A DNA stretch of 64,000 bases. It comes from Lama glama (Eukaryota). The stretch covers positions 33,914,001-33,978,000 of the forward strand of contig CM052832.1 in NCBI GenBank assembly GCA_028534125.1, read 5' to 3'. Below, piece by piece: positions 23,950 through 35,642 of this stretch (position 1 is the first letter of the stretch; every line of letters starts with the position of its first letter). The position numbers and the translations under genes were made by a program. The notes below the pieces were generated by a model. The model worked only from the letters and a program-made list of their open reading frames with translations. It ran no database searches and was not told where the DNA came from.

Positions 23950-26140
23950 CAAGCCCAGCGTTCTCCAAGGGAAGACAGTAAATAAAATCTGGACTCAACA
24001 ACATAACACTCTTCATGTTCAGCGTTCAGCCAGACTTCGCCGGAATGCCGAGCAGCAGGAAAGTGCGCCCGGTAAGCACGAGGCAAACAGACCGAGGAAC
24101 GATGCTGCTGGTCTGCGCCGGGAAGGATGGGAACATGGCTGCCGAACGACGTCCAAGTGTTTTAAGAAAAGCATGAATATGGAGAGGAGAGAGAGGGACA
24201 CATGCGTCTAAAAAGAGCCAGGTGGGCCTTCTAGAGACGGAAACTTAAGTCTCTGAAACGAGGAGCCCACTGTTGGCACTGCAAACAGGCGAGACGCTGC
24301 AGAAGAAAAGCCGCAGAGCTTACGGCCATCACGTCGGAAATGGTTCAAGATCCGCAGAGAGAAAGGTCTGACGGGAGACGACAGTGTCTGGTTACCGCGG
24401 GGCCCCGACTGGCCCCCGTCTGTGTCCATGGGGCCCCGGGAAAAGAAAGAAAGAACCACCAAGAACTTCCCAGATGACGGAAAATAAATGCTAAAGAGAA
24501 CATTTTAAAAGCAGCCAGAGGAAAAAGAGAACTACTTACAGAGGAGCAAATACAAGGCAGGCCTGTTGTCAGAAGCCGTGCCGCGGGAAGACAGCGGAGC
24601 TCGAGCTTGGACTGGGAGGCGTTTCAGGACCGGTGGACAGGCGGAGGCTGACGCGGCTGTCACCAGCAAGCATGTGGCCAGAAGGACGGCGAGACTAGTT
24701 TGAAGCTTGGATCTGCGTGGAAGGAACGGTCCATAGTTTTCTTTTTTGGTGATGTCTTGGTTTTGATATCACAGTGATGGCTTCGGGGAATGAGTTTGAG
24801 AATCTTTTGAGCCAGAGAAACAGTCAATGTGCAAAAATAAAGTTGTTTCCCTCCCACTTCTTTAAGGATTTTAAAAATTTAACGATAGTCGATTTACAAT
24901 ATTGTGTTTTTTTAGCCTCATTTTAAAGCTTCCTTAAAAGGCAACCAGCTGTTGAAAGTAAAGATGCTGACAGTACATTACGAGGTTTCTCGCACACGTG
25001 TGCGTAAGTCGCACCACAGCAGTGGCGCGGTGCCCGTGTCGTTTGTGAGACTCCTGCGCAGGACGCGATCGGCGTGGAATTACTGGAAGACAGACCGCGG
25101 GAAGCTGAAGTGCGCTCCGGGCCGTCTGGAGCAGCTGCTAGCACAGAACGAGGCGAAAAATAGCAGCAGGCCGACAGCGGGGTTCAAGTGGAACCCCAAA
25201 GATGTCCACCTAGGGAATGCGGGAAAAGAGGGCGTGTGAACAGGCGAGAGGTGGGACGGGTGGAGGACACAGCGCCGAGAATCACGTCCGTCCCGGTGCT
25301 CCGAAGCCTCTAATTAGAAAAGTGAGAGCGCTGGACTCGATAGAAGAGCCCGGTGCCACCCACAGGGACACACGTTAAGTGTGAACACACCGGTGGCCTG
25401 AGGTCAAAGGACGGAAAAATAAACCATCCAGACGCTAGCCACGGGGAAACCGGAGCGGCTCTACTTCTGTGGGACAAGTTAGACTTCATTCAGTTAGGAG
25501 TGAAGAGTCGTTTCGTACCTCGACGGGGTTGACCCATCGTGAAGACGTGACACTCGTAGACACATACGCCCCCAGCCACAGATATTTCAGAGGCCGACAG
25601 AGCTGAGGGGGAGGGAGGACGGGCGAGCTCTGTGTCTTCGTGCTTCGGTGCTTCCTTCGTGAGCGGCAGGACAAGCAGACAGAAAACCCGAGGAGCCGGG
25701 TGACCGAGCAGCACAGGGGCCCTCCCTGACCTACGTGGCATTTCGAGCACACCTCCCAGCACACTTCTAAATACCTGACAGGTCAAAAAGAAGTCACAGG
25801 GAAATCAGAATATATTTTGAATTAAATGAAAATGAAGGCAGCACACTGAAGTTTGTGGGATAACTGTTGAAGTGCTGCTGAGAGGGAAGCTTATGGCTCT
25901 GCATATTAATATGAAAAAAGAAGACCCCAGGCCAGTTCTCCAAGCTTCCATCTTAAGAAGCCAGATGCAGAAGAGCAAATTAAATCCAGTGCGAACAGAA
26001 CCAAGGAGACAAGAAAAACACAGATCGGTGAATCAGAAAACACTGGAGGAGATCAGTGCGACCAGAACTGGGATAAGCCTCCGTCCAGCCTGATCCGGAA
26101 GAAGAGAGCAAACAGATTACACTCCGCAGAAATAGAAGAG
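23950..26140 (+). mobile_element. Fragmented old L1 (ORF1 and 5' ORF2/endonuclease region), sense, heavily decayed
   Basis: ORF1-like cttctagagacggaaa...gacgctgcagaagaaaag and taaagagaacattttaaaagcagccagaggaaaaaga. ORF2-like gtcaaaggacggaaaaata...gacaagttagacttc and aagaagtcacagggaaatcagaatatattttgaattaaatgaaaatgaa...LRGKLMALHINMKK. Confidence 0.82.
24695..24805 (-). mobile_element. Short inverted L1 ORF2 fragment embedded in the sense L1
   Basis: ggtccatagttttcttttttggtgatgtcttggttttgatatcacagtgat...gaatgagttt matches the antisense of the ORF2 segment encoding SITLIPKPDKD..KENYRP. Confidence 0.65.
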
Positions 26141-26205
26141 GGCGCGCGTCCTGTGTGCTGCGCAGCGGTGTCGCTGAGCAGGGCTGCGCCGCATGTCTGG
26201 GTGGG

Positions 26206-26250
26206 CCCTCCCCTCCCCTCCCCTCCCCTCCCCTCCCCTCCCCTCCCCTC
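26206..26250. repeat. (CCCTC)9 microsatellite
   Basis: Nine perfect pentamer units. Confidence 0.97.
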
Positions 26251-27069
26251 CTGCAGACAAGGCCCAGGAAGGCCCAGAGCCAGCCTCACCGGATCTACTT
26301 CCGACTTAGACAGTGACCTCCACCTTGTTTCAGTGACAGACTGAACCGCGGATCAAGCGCTGGTGTCCTGTCAGAAATGGCCTTTGAGTGCTCTAGAACG
26401 TTTCGGGGAAATCAAGAACTGCTCCTGAATCCCTCGATAAAAGGGGGAGGGTTGTGAGGTCTGCCAGCGCGGGGTGAAGTGCAGGCTCTCCAGCCGGTCC
26501 GTCGCGTCTCCTCAGAGGCCCCCACCTGTGCCCCCACCTGCGCGGTCTGGGCTGTGGGAACAGAGTGTTCACAGTGCGTCTGAAGTGTGGAATTCCTTCT
26601 CAGGGCCGGATAATGAAAGCAGGATGGCTTGACGAGCGCTGTCTGCGAGTCGTGGTCCAGTGTTTGTTTTCTTCCCAGCGTCCTTCCCGGGCTCTTCCGT
26701 GGGCCCCAGGCAGCAGCATACCGATCTCAGCTGGACGCCGGGCAGGGGAGCCAGGGCTGCTCCCGGCCCGGCCCCGCTGCAGCTGTGACTTCTGACAGGG
26801 CCAGCGAGGCCTTCTTGGGAACAGTGTCTGCACAGTCAGACACCCAGCAGAAATGAGCAAAGAAAACACACCGGGAGGGAACAAAGCTTGGAGAGCCGGG
26901 GGCGGGGGCTGAACCTCGGGACTTCTCCAGACCCTCTTTCTCCCAAGGATGCTGATTTCATTTCTCTCTTTCGTGACTCCGTCGATTCCGTTCCCACGAC
27001 GCCCCGTTCTACTCTGCACATGGTGTGGCACGATCTTGTGACCTGTGACAGCACAGCCCGGCGCCCTGT

Positions 27070-27232
27070 TCCCTGGGCCTGAAGCCCCACTCTGCAGCCT
27101 CCCAGGGCCGTCATCCGCTCTGTGCCTCCGCGTCTCCCCTGTGGGACGGGGACAGTGACAGTACCTGCCTCCCAGGGGCGGGTGGAGGTTAACTGTGCGG
27201 AGAGATGAGAAGCAGCCAGGCCAGGCCTGACG
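27070..27232 (+). mobile_element. MIR relic (GC-shifted)
   Basis: ctctgtgcctccgcgtctcccctgtgggacggggacagtgacagtacctgcctcccagggg...gaggttaa is collinear with the MIR core. Confidence 0.65.
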
Positions 27233-27555
27233 CGTCTGCGTCTGCGTCAGCGATAACACGGGTAACTAGTGGGAAATGGCGTTTGTCAGCAGAGCATGTG
27301 AGGGGCAAATGAAATGTGAAAACAGTAGGACTGGCCAACTGATGATATGTTTGGGGACAAGAAAAGTAACTAAAGTCACACGGTTTCATGCTTGTGTGAC
27401 CAGAAGGACTTACCAGACAGGTAGTTGCAGGAGGAAGGACGGGGCCCATCCCAGCCAGGGCGTTGTGGCCCCAGGAAGACCTCTGCCGCCTCCGGGCAGT
27501 AAAGGCCATTTGGCAGGATTGTGACACCTTCTGGCTACGTTTTTCTCCTAGAGAG

Positions 27556-27698
27556 CCGAGGTTCTCAAGTGTGGTGCTCTGCGGGTCGCTGGGGAGCCTG
27601 TGAAAATGCAGATTTGGGATGAGTAGGTCCGGGCGGGGCCTGGGGCTCTGAACCTCTAAGGAGACTGCTGGTCCCTGGACTGCACCCTGCGCAGCAGA
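27556..27698 (-). mobile_element. MER5-family MITE relic, followed by a G15 run (27704-27718)
   Basis: ggttctcaagtgtgg...ggggagcctgtgaaaatgcagattt...agtaggtccgggcggggcctg...ctgctggtccctggactgcac. Confidence 0.65.
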
Positions 27699-28464
27699 GC
27701 CTCGGGGGGGGGGGGGGGTGGGCGTGGAGCCTCCAGAGTGGCAGGGACCCTCTGGACCTTGTCTTTGGTTGCCTGTGACTGCCTTGTCCCTGTGCTGGAC
27801 GGGCCGCCCCTTAAGGGCAGCACGAGGTTCTGGGCCCACCTTGGTGTCATACACGTGCTGCGTAAGTCGACATGTCCGTGAATCAGTAATGGAAGAAGAG
27901 ACTCGGGAAGTGGGGGTTTGATTTAAGGGTTTGTGTGTGTGTGGCGGGGGGAGGGGCGGCAGATTCCTTTAAAATGGAAAAAGCTAAAAATTCCAGGTTT
28001 CCCGTGAAACCAGTGAAGAAGGCCTGCGGCTGGTTTAATTCCTTCCCTCCCCGTTCCTTCTGCCCCTCACACCTCCAGTGAGTCCTGAGGTCACTTAAGT
28101 TGTAGTTGAATTGAATCAAAAGTGGGTTGAATTTATCATCTGGTAAACTGAGATAAAGCGTTCTCTGGACGCCCCATTTCTGGCATCGGTGACTCTGGGA
28201 CTGCTCTTGGGGGGACGAGGAGCCCTGAAAGCCTGGAGTCTCACCTGCTTACCTTCCTTCATACGGTTCGAAAGAGAGCAGCCGGAGGAAGACTGGGGTC
28301 TCCAAAGGGCAACACTGGAGTTTCTGGAAATACTGGCCCCTAACGTGGGACGAGCGAGACGCCGGTCACCTCGGAGCCCGAGGAGCTCGTGGTTCACCAG
28401 GAACCGGCCACGCCGCCAGTGCCTCGGGGGTCAAGCGCTTCCTGCAACTGGACGTATAAGGTGG

Positions 28465-29362
28465 TTTGCTTCGTTCAAAGATGACAACGGCAGTCTGTCG
28501 AGAGCAGCACTGGGCACTGGAGAATGTCCAAGGGCTTACCTCTGGGGGGACGTTTACCATGCTTTCCTGTGACGTTTTGCATTTTAAACCATTCGCCACT
28601 GATTGCTTACATCCCAAGAATAAGCAGAAGTCCGTACATGCACGACCGAGCCCTTGTTGAGGTNNNNNNNNNNNNNNNNNNNNNNNNNNNNNNNNNNNNN
28701 NNNNNNNNNNNNNNNNNNNNNNNNNNNNNNNNNNNNNNNNNNNNNNNNNNNNNNNNNNNNNNNNNNNNNNNNNNNNNNNNNNNNNNNNNNNNNNNNNNNN
28801 NNNNNNNNNNNNNNNNNNNNNNNNNNNNNNNNNNNNNNNNNNNNNNNNNNNNNNNNNNNNNNNNNNNNNNNNNNNNNNNNNNNNNNNNNNNNNNNNNNNN
28901 NNNNNNNNNNNNNNNNNNNNNNNNNNNNNNNNNNNNNNNNNNNNNNNNNNNNNNNNNNNNNNNNNNNNNNNNNNNNNNNNNNNNNNNNNNNNNNNNNNNN
29001 NNNNNNNNNNNNNNNNNNNNNNNNNNNNNNNNNNNNNNNNNNNNNNNNNNNNNNNNNNNNNNNNNNNNNNNNNNNNNNNNNNNNNNNNNNNNNNNNNNNN
29101 NNNNNNNNNNNNNNNNNNNNNNNNNNNNNNNNNNNNNNNNNNNNNNNNNNNNNNNNNNNNNNNTTTGCTTCGTTCAAAGATGACAACGGCAGTCTGTCGA
29201 GAGCAGCACTGGGCACTGGAGAATGTCCAAGGGCTTACCTCTGGGGGGACGTTTACCATGCTTTCCTGTGACGTTTTGCATTTTAAACCATTCGCCACTG
29301 ATTGCTTACATCCCAAGAATAAGCAGAAGTCCGTACATGCACGACCGAGCCCTTGTTGAGGT
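28465..29362. repeat. Exact 199-bp direct duplication abutting both gap edges (28465-28663 = 29164-29362)
   Basis: Identical text on both sides, and identical 64-aa ORFs at 28466 and 29165 (offset 699). Confidence 0.97.
28664..29163. other. Assembly gap (500 N)
   Basis: Direct reading. Confidence 1.
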
Positions 29363-30509
29363 CGCCGTCGGGTAATTCTGCTCCTGAATTGTAGTGTGGG
29401 AAGCACAACCTGTAACTTGAATTTTATACGTCACTTTTCACGCACCTGCATTTTCTTCCTTACTTAACTGCCAGACATAAGTTTGTTCTGCCTAAAAACG
29501 TTGTACGGGAGACTGATCATACTAATGAGAGAAGATGAAGACGAGGGAGCCGCACGTGTGGGCCTTTTCATTTAACTGCAAAGCCGGAGTTGAGACATTA
29601 GAGGCAGAGCAGGGGGGCGTAAGGTCATCTTTGCGTGCAGCTCTGTCTTCTCCGTCACCTTTCCTGCTTCGAGGAAGCTGTGTTCTTTTGTGGACGCGCA
29701 GTTGTGCTGTGAGCTTGTGCTAAGATTGAGGGTTTTCTTTACATCTTTTTAATAGAGAATTCCTGTTGCTTTTACGTGACGCTGCGCAGGTGTTACTGGA
29801 ACGAACCCTGGAGGAGGAGTGAGTACCCTTTCCTCTACGGGGAGGCAACACACGCCTTACTTTCTAAAAATAAGTCCACGTTTTGTTTGTGTTTTCTGAA
29901 GGAATGAAGTGTGACGTTTTGTTAGTAGAGTATTTTAAGCTCCAAATTTGTGAGCGATGACATATAGGAATTCTTATTTCTCTAAATGGGTGAAGTGTCT
30001 GCGCTGATGAAACAAAGCCCCCAGCGTAACGGAGGTGATTGTCAGGAAGGGGAGACATGAATGAGCACGTCTAGGGGTCAGAGTCCCTTTGTCTTTAGGG
30101 CCTGAAGCTGAGCTCGGTGCAGCCTCAGGGACCTTGGGATGCCGCGGGCCCTCGCGCGGAAGACAGGGTTGGCAGCATTTCTGGGGACACAGCCTAACAC
30201 AGTCCCAGAGGGACAGACCCTTTCATGACAGCTGCTTGCTTACAGCAGTCCCGAGGCGGGGTCTGGCTGGTCCCCCAGGTCCCGTGGCCTCCTGTAGCCC
30301 AGTAGTTGTGGACAGAGTGGTCGGGCTCCAAGCTTGTCCTGGTCTCGGGGACGGGGACTCTGTGCCTGGCAGCCCCGCAGAGTTCCAGGGTTTGAGTGGG
30401 AGAGGGGTGGGGCCCTCTGCCAACGGGGGGTGTTACTCTAGAAGAAAAGCGAGCAGAGGTGCTGGCAGACAGCAGTAGTGAGCGGGGAGTGGGAGCCCAG
30501 AAGGGTGCT

Positions 30510-30660
30510 GTGGGCCCCACACCTATTCGGCTCAGCTCCAGGCTGAGGCTGTGCTTCACTGAGAAGGGGACGGAGGCACAGAGACGCTCCATGCCCACCA
30601 GGGCCACCCAGCTGACGGGCAGAAAGGCCGGGGTCCAGACATGATGTTGTGCTTTCATCC
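30510..30660 (-). mobile_element. MIR relic
   Basis: cttcactgagaaggggacggaggcacagagacg...tgcccaccagggccacccagctg...aggccgggg matches reverse MIR. Confidence 0.55.
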
Positions 30661-31652
30661 TTCCCGGGTCTGGCCTCTCCAGGACGGTCTCCATGCTGTG
30701 ATGGCTGTGTGCGGACCAAGGCCAGGGCCCAGGGAGGGCGGCGAACCTTGGCTTCTGCACGTTCGAGGCCCGAGTTCTGATGAAAAGAGCCAGGTGGGAA
30801 GGGTCTCTCCAGGGAAATGCCCACGCCGTGTGGCTGTGGACTTCCTCTGTCGCCAGAAACAGATCCCAGCTCCCTGAGCACCTCCCATGTATGGGTCTGC
30901 ACCTGCTGTCTGCCACGCTCAGGGCTCTGTGTCCAGCCTCACTGGGCCTGACGAGTGGATGCGTAAAGGCAGCCTGTCCACGACGTCCTCCCGAGAGGCC
31001 GTGGTCACTGGAGTCCCCCGAGTCCGGGAGCAAGGCCTTCAGTGCAGTTCACTCCCAATGGGGTGACAGCTGCAGAGGGTCCCCCCAAGAGGCCAGGGCA
31101 GGCAGGGGCCTGGGCCACACCCCAGGGATGTGGACATGGATGTGGACGAGGAGTGGCCAGGTGCTGGCAGTTAAGACGGAGACTCTGGCCTGCTGTGCTT
31201 TGCCCACTTGAAGGAAGGTGCATACACTTCCTCTAAATCCCGGACCTTCTCCTCAGCCTCACGTACATGGCCTTCCCGTCTGACAGGCCAGTGAGTACCC
31301 GTAGCATTCTCACCTGGCTGTTTGGGGATCTGTTGTAACTTCCTGTTGCTTCCACTGTTTTTCTAAATGTCCATTGACGTTTTCACTGAAAAGACATGAC
31401 CAGCATGTTGCCATCTGTGCATTTAGAGGTGGCACAGATACTGCTCCTGAAGCCTGGCTTCACCGAGTGGCTTCTGCTCTGAATTATGAGAACACAGTCG
31501 CTGGCTGCGGGTCAGTAGCAGGTACTCGGAGCGGCCGTACCGCACGCCGTGCTGGGACCACGAGGTGTGACGTCGGCGATTCAGCCCCTGCCGGTCATTT
31601 GCGTGGAGGAGGCACCCTTGTGACAACACCTGTTTCTTCCCCGAACATCCCG

Positions 31653-31704
31653 CTGTGTGAGAGTGTGTGTGAGTGTGTGCACGTGTGAGTGTGAGCGTGT
31701 GTGT
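31653..31704. repeat. Degenerate (GT/GA)n microsatellite
   Basis: Direct reading. Confidence 0.75.
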
Positions 31705-33544
31705 CTGGAGGAGGCCGTGTGGGCCGGGTTTGGCTCTGCTCCTCATGTCCCAGCGGCTTCTTCCTAAATGAGCTGAAAAGGAAGCGCTTTTCTCCTGCAG
31801 TTGAAATGACAACGTAAACCAAACAGGCCGATGCTTGTCTTGACTAATTTTCTGTCCTTAATCTTGTTGAATGTTGAGAAGAGAGCTGTAGGAACAGCCC
31901 GCAACTGTGAGTGCCGCAGCGGGGAGGCGGGGGCTCAGCCAATGGAAACATTTTTCATCGTTTGTGGTGCCGTATCTGCACTTTCAGTCAAAACAACAAG
32001 GCCAACGTTATTATACGTTTAAAAAGAAACTCGTTTCCAAAAGCCTTCTGGCTCAGATAACAGGTGTCCTGTGCTCCTGCACGCTCCCCCTAGCTGGGAC
32101 CTGTTTCCTGGGTGGGGTCCCGGCCCCTGGGCCTGAGGTTGGGGGGAGGGTGGGGTGGCTCCGGGGCACGTCCTGTGTCCCCGAGACTGGCACGCCCGGG
32201 ACTGTGTCTGATTTGCTTTATGGGAAAACATCCTTCCAGGCATGTTGGAGGAACAGAAATTCCCATGACGCACATTAAGGGGTCTGTTTCGGAGGGAGGT
32301 CCGAAGGAAAATCCCGGCTCTGCGTTTTCTCCTGCAGGAAGATTTCATGCTGTAGCCGAGTTTCTGTGCTCCGTGGTCTCTTCAGACCCCCTCTGACCCG
32401 GAGCTCTAGCCCCACCTGCGGTGTGCTGCCTCTTTCTTTGCATCCGACCGTCTCACCGACTGCATGACATCTGCGCGACCAAGAGGTAGAAACATCACTT
32501 GGCATGTGCCGTGGGGCTGGGAGAAGACTGCCAGGAGCCTGTCCCTGCTGTGGGCGCTGGGAGAGCCCGGCGGAGACACCCCACCAGACCCAGGCCTTCA
32601 GCAGTACCTCTGCCGCATCTAGTCGTGGTGCGGAGAGTCAGGCTCTGCACTCCAGCCTCGGCCCTCCCGCAGTGGGAAGGCTAAGCCCTACCGTGACTTG
32701 CACCTACTAACGTCTAAGATATGTGGGGTCTTAACCTATTGAAAACTCCAAAATAAAGCTGTCTAAGTGAGGAGAACTTTAACCGGAGCAGCAGGTTTTT
32801 GACAGTGACACGTGTGGGTCTGGGGTGAGCCCTCGTGTCACCGGGGCCTTGGGGGCTAGGGCAGCCCTCACTCCACTCCACGTGGAGTTGATGCAACTTA
32901 CTGGGGAGCAGGTCAGATAAGCTCTTTAACCAAAGAGCCGTCGGATCCTCAGAGCGACGGCTGCCCCATTAAACTCAGCAGAGTCTCCACAATGTGCTGC
33001 CTACCCGGCGTGACAGTTTTCTCTCGGTGCCAGACGCATCTAAGCGAACCAGGGCATCTCCTTGCCTTGAGGAGCGTAGGCGCTAACTGGGTGACAGTAA
33101 GAACGCACTGTTTACAGACACACACGAGTGGACGATGGTACCGTGCAGACTTATCCTATCAGTGCCGAGGTGGCAGCGTGTTGATCGAGGTTGGAGTGAA
33201 GTCTGCAGGAAGGCAGATATAAGTGGGCCCTCGGCCAAAGCGGGAGATGTGGCCGAGAGATAGGAAGAGGGAAGGCACTCCAGATGGGTGGAATGGCACG
33301 GAGGCAGGAGTTAGTGAACTGTGGGGGCCGCGGGCAGGCTGGCAGGCAGGATGGACCAGCCGGGCCACACTGGAGCCCGGCAAGACACGCACGCCTATGG
33401 CCTAACCCTCTGCTTCTGGAGCTGCCCACTCGTTCTCGTGTCTTAGTGCCACAGCCTCCCTGCAGCCAACAAACACCCTGGCCTCCACGCTTCTGCCAGG
33501 TGCCCGGCCGGGCACTCTGGTGGCCCTGTCTGCCTCCGGCCCCT

Positions 33545-33680
33545 GCCACACATTGCTGTGGGGGCCACCAGGCTTCGAGCCCTTCAAGGACAGAGACTCG
33601 TGCCTGTGTCCTCAGCACCCAACTCAGCTCAGTGCCCAGTACTCAGCAGGCACCCGGTCAGGATTCGTGGGAGGTGGGAG
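33545..33680 (+). mobile_element. L2 3' end relic
   Basis: gagcccttcaaggacagagact...ctgtgtcctcagcaccc...cagtgcccagtactcagcaggcacc resembles the L2a 3' terminus. Confidence 0.6.
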
Positions 33681-34654
33681 GTGAGCTTGGGTGCAGAGAG
33701 GAGGGCAGAGGACAGACCGCCCCGAACTGTGGCCTGGATTCTCCGACAGAGGTGCGGTTCTGGTCCCTGAATGGCCTCCTCCCCACCGCAGCCCCTTGGT
33801 AGGACCGACACGCATTCTGCTTCATCCCGTAAAGGAAGGGAAACCCCATCTACAGGCTTTGCAGGTGGACGGGATGCCCTGGCCGGGCTGAAAGGAATAA
33901 TAAAGCAGGCGGATAGAACAGGATGAGCAGACAGACAGCCAGGCTCGTCAGAAGCGGGCCGTGTCTGTGAGCTCGCCTGCACGGTCACCGCACGGTTGCC
34001 GCACAGCAGAGTGGAGGGGACAGTGTGGGTCGTTTTTATTTGATCTCCTGAACCTCCCTCCTCAGAGAGGAGCACACAGGCTCTCTCCCCTGAGTTAATC
34101 ACACCACCGAGTTCCTACCGACACAGCGGGACGGAAGACAGGTGGAAGGTCAGGCTTCTCGATTTAATAGCGTCCGGTGATGCTGGTGGAAAACAAGGCG
34201 AGGGAAGAACTGACCAGCCCACAAGCCTCACTGGCAGTAACGTTTGGGAATCCCCTCACCCCCGTAGGACGGACAGTGTCCTTGTCAGAGGACATCACCC
34301 TTCTGCCCCCTCCAGCCGTGAGAGGGAGGCGACCTCCAAGCCCGTCCCCGCCGGCGGCTCAGCGCGCCAGAGCCCCTCCCAGGTGTGCGCTGCAGCGTGT
34401 CCGCCTGCCGCCGCGGGTGCGCGCATCGGCCGGCTTCCCCGCGGCCCAGGGCTGGGGAGCTCAGCTTTGTAAAGGTAGCCGTTACTCTGACAGGTCCCGA
34501 GACGGCTGACACCTGGATTTAGATGTTGTGAATTGATGAGCGCAGCGTGACAGCCGGAGCTTCTTGTTAGTGACAGTGATCATTACTGACGGACGTCAAG
34601 TGGGAGACCGAGCACACGTGGAGGCCTCGAGTCTCGTTTGGGACCCACACACAG

Positions 34655-34985
34655 CTCTCACACGTGCACATGTCTCCAAGTGCACCGCCCCCACGTGCAC
34701 ACGTCCCACGGGCCCCCCCCACGGGTACACATCTCCACATACACGCATCTCCATGTGCACCGCCCCCACCTGCACGCGTCTCCATGGGTACACGTCTCCC
34801 TGTGCACCGCCCCCCACGTGTGCGTCCCCACGTGCACGCGTCTCCATGGGCACACCCCCGCCCGGGTACGCGTCTCCACCTACATGCGCCTGGATGGGCA
34901 CCGCCCCCACGTGCACGCGTCTCCGTGGGCACACCCCCACCCCGTACGTGTCTCCACGGTGTGCGTCTCCACGTATACGCGCACA
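34655..34985. repeat. Compound GC-rich minisatellite built from about 15-16-bp modules (CACGTGCACGCGTCTC / CATGTGCACCGCCCC)
   Basis: Recurrent modules by eye. All overlapping ORFs are repetitive (e.g. CTAPTCTR). Confidence 0.9.
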
Positions 34986-35504
34986 AGTCGCATCTTCCCG
35001 CCGGTGCTGCCTTTCAGGAGTGAGAGCAGGCTTGGGGATTAAAACAAGGGACTCGCCTTCCCCTTCACCTCTGCTCCACCGGCCGGTGCCCCTGCCAGTA
35101 TCTGGGACGGTCCCTCCTCCTGGCCTTTGGCTTCCGCCTGCCCTCAAGAAACTCGCCATCCGCCCTCCTCCAACATCAGCATCGTGAGGTGCTCAGATCC
35201 TCCCCGTCTTTAAGAAGTGCACTCTTCTCTGCCTCGCCCATGGAGCCACAAGGTGCGGAGGGGTCGGCTCTCCTCCCTCTCTCCCTCTTCCCCTCATCTG
35301 CTTCCAGCCCCGCCCCCATCACTCCATCAGAGCAGCTCTTCCAACACCCCGGGACCTGCTTCAGCTCTGGAATCCTCCTTGACGCCCGGGCCCCTCCCCA
35401 GACACCCCCCTACCCCCGCCATGTGCCCTGCAGTGTCCTCCGTGGAGGAGCCTGGAGCTGGACTGATGGTGGCTCCAAGCATCAGCTGCTCCCACGTCCA
35501 TCCT

Positions 35505-35642
35505 GGAGGCCGGGTCGGGGAGGGGGAGGCTGGATGTGGGTAGGGGGAGGCCAGGTTGGGGAGGGGATAGGCCAGGTGGGGGGGGGCGGGGAGGTCGGGT
35601 TGGGGTAGGGGGAGGCTGCGTCGGGGAGGAGGGGCCGGTGGG
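35505..35642. repeat. G-rich minisatellite, about 21-bp unit x6 (GCCGGGTYGGGGTAGGGGGAG-like)
   Basis: Direct reading. Confidence 0.85.

Noticed and set aside
28366-29406. Long ORFs of 205-346 aa
   Set aside because: Artefacts of translating through the 500-N gap.
34564-35187. Overlapping repetitive Cys/Pro/His-rich ORFs
   Set aside because: They are translations of a minisatellite that is open in nearly all frames, with no splice or homology support.
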